NCBI GenBank assembly: GCA_001790525.1
Contig: MGCU01000025.1
Coordinates: forward strand, 14,576 to 73,840
DNA from: Candidatus Saccharibacteria bacterium RIFCSPHIGHO2_12_FULL_47_16b
GTDB taxonomy: Bacteria > Patescibacteriota > Saccharimonadia > Saccharimonadales > UBA10212
Reading direction: 5' to 3'
Length of the DNA stretch: 59,265 nt
The first letter of the stretch is position 1, and the number at the start of each line of letters is the position of its first letter. The notes under the pieces are model-generated. The model was not told the DNA's origin, did no database searches, and saw nothing but the letters and a program-made list of their open reading frames with translations. Below are positions 59,059 through 59,265 of the stretch, piece by piece. A program made the position numbers and the translations under genes.

Positions 59059-59253
59059 TCAACTTTTCCTAGCTCTCATTTTTATACCAACCCAGGCGAA
59101 GAAAATAAAAACCATTGAAAGCAAAAAGGTTATTAAAGCCGTCAAAGCAATAAATGAAACAGGATCGTCGGCCCGGAGCGAGAAGTAGTACCAAATGAGA
59201 GCATGCGGCACCAGAGCAACCGCCGAAACGATAAAATAGGCTGAAAATTTCAT
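59059..59253 (-). CDS. Hypothetical small two-TM membrane protein
   Basis: 64 aa with two hydrophobic helices. Stop lies 2 nt from the downstream gene start. Confidence 0.4.
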   Translation of the reverse strand: MKFSAYFIVSAVALVPHALIWYYFSLRADDPVSFIALTALITFLLSMVFIFFAWVGIKMRARKS

Positions 59254-59265
59254 GGAGGTTAGACC

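Overview
This 59.3-kb window is gene-dense bacterial chromosome, mostly housekeeping genes. By inference only (no search was run) it looks like a small-genome, CPR/Patescibacteria-like (Saccharibacteria-like) organism. The hints are a complete type IV pilus operon plus a short ComEC, a truncated TsaB, an IMP dehydrogenase without CBS domains, and many orphan genes.

Recognisable genes:
- Chaperone, repair and recombination: cutA (cut by the window edge), dnaJ, yebC-ruvC / ruvA, ruvB, and recA-orf-ydjM-like-recX.
- Nucleotide metabolism: carA-carB, upp, guaB-guaA.
- tRNA modification and RNA turnover: tilS-ftsH, tsaE-tsaB, rny.
- Possible signalling and ribosome modification: a GGDEF protein with a degenerate HGDEL motif, next to an ATP-grasp / RimB-like protease / rimK / DUF192 cluster.
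- Pilus and uptake: comEC, and a pilB-pilC-pilA-minor pilins-pilM-pilN-pilO operon on the minus strand.
- Other: an RRM RNA-binding protein, a divergent sigma-70-family factor inside a block of orphan genes, and six tRNAs (Lys-UUU, Ile2-CAU, fMet-CAU, Met-CAU, Pro-UGG, Pro-CGG) plus one orphan tRNA 5' half.

The non-genic sequence is the most unusual part:
1. Seven spacer arrays of 60-126 nt are built from degenerate heptanucleotide units held in a 7-nt register. They fill every non-overlapping junction of the pilus operon and the tilS-ftsH spacer. One 84-nt array sits in frame inside tilS. They resemble cyanobacterial STRR repeats.
2. A 38-bp palindrome, ATGTCCATAATTACGACATATGTCGTAATTATGGACAT, occurs four times.
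3. A family of about 70-nt long hairpins (ACCCA...GGGT) has three members. Two share a compensatory base-pair change.
4. An IS200/RAYT-type Y1 transposase flanked by identical 24-nt hairpins splits ruvC from ruvA.

No CRISPR array, rRNA or recognisable defence system was seen. All coordinates were counted by hand and may be off by 1-2 nt. No database or folding computation was run.
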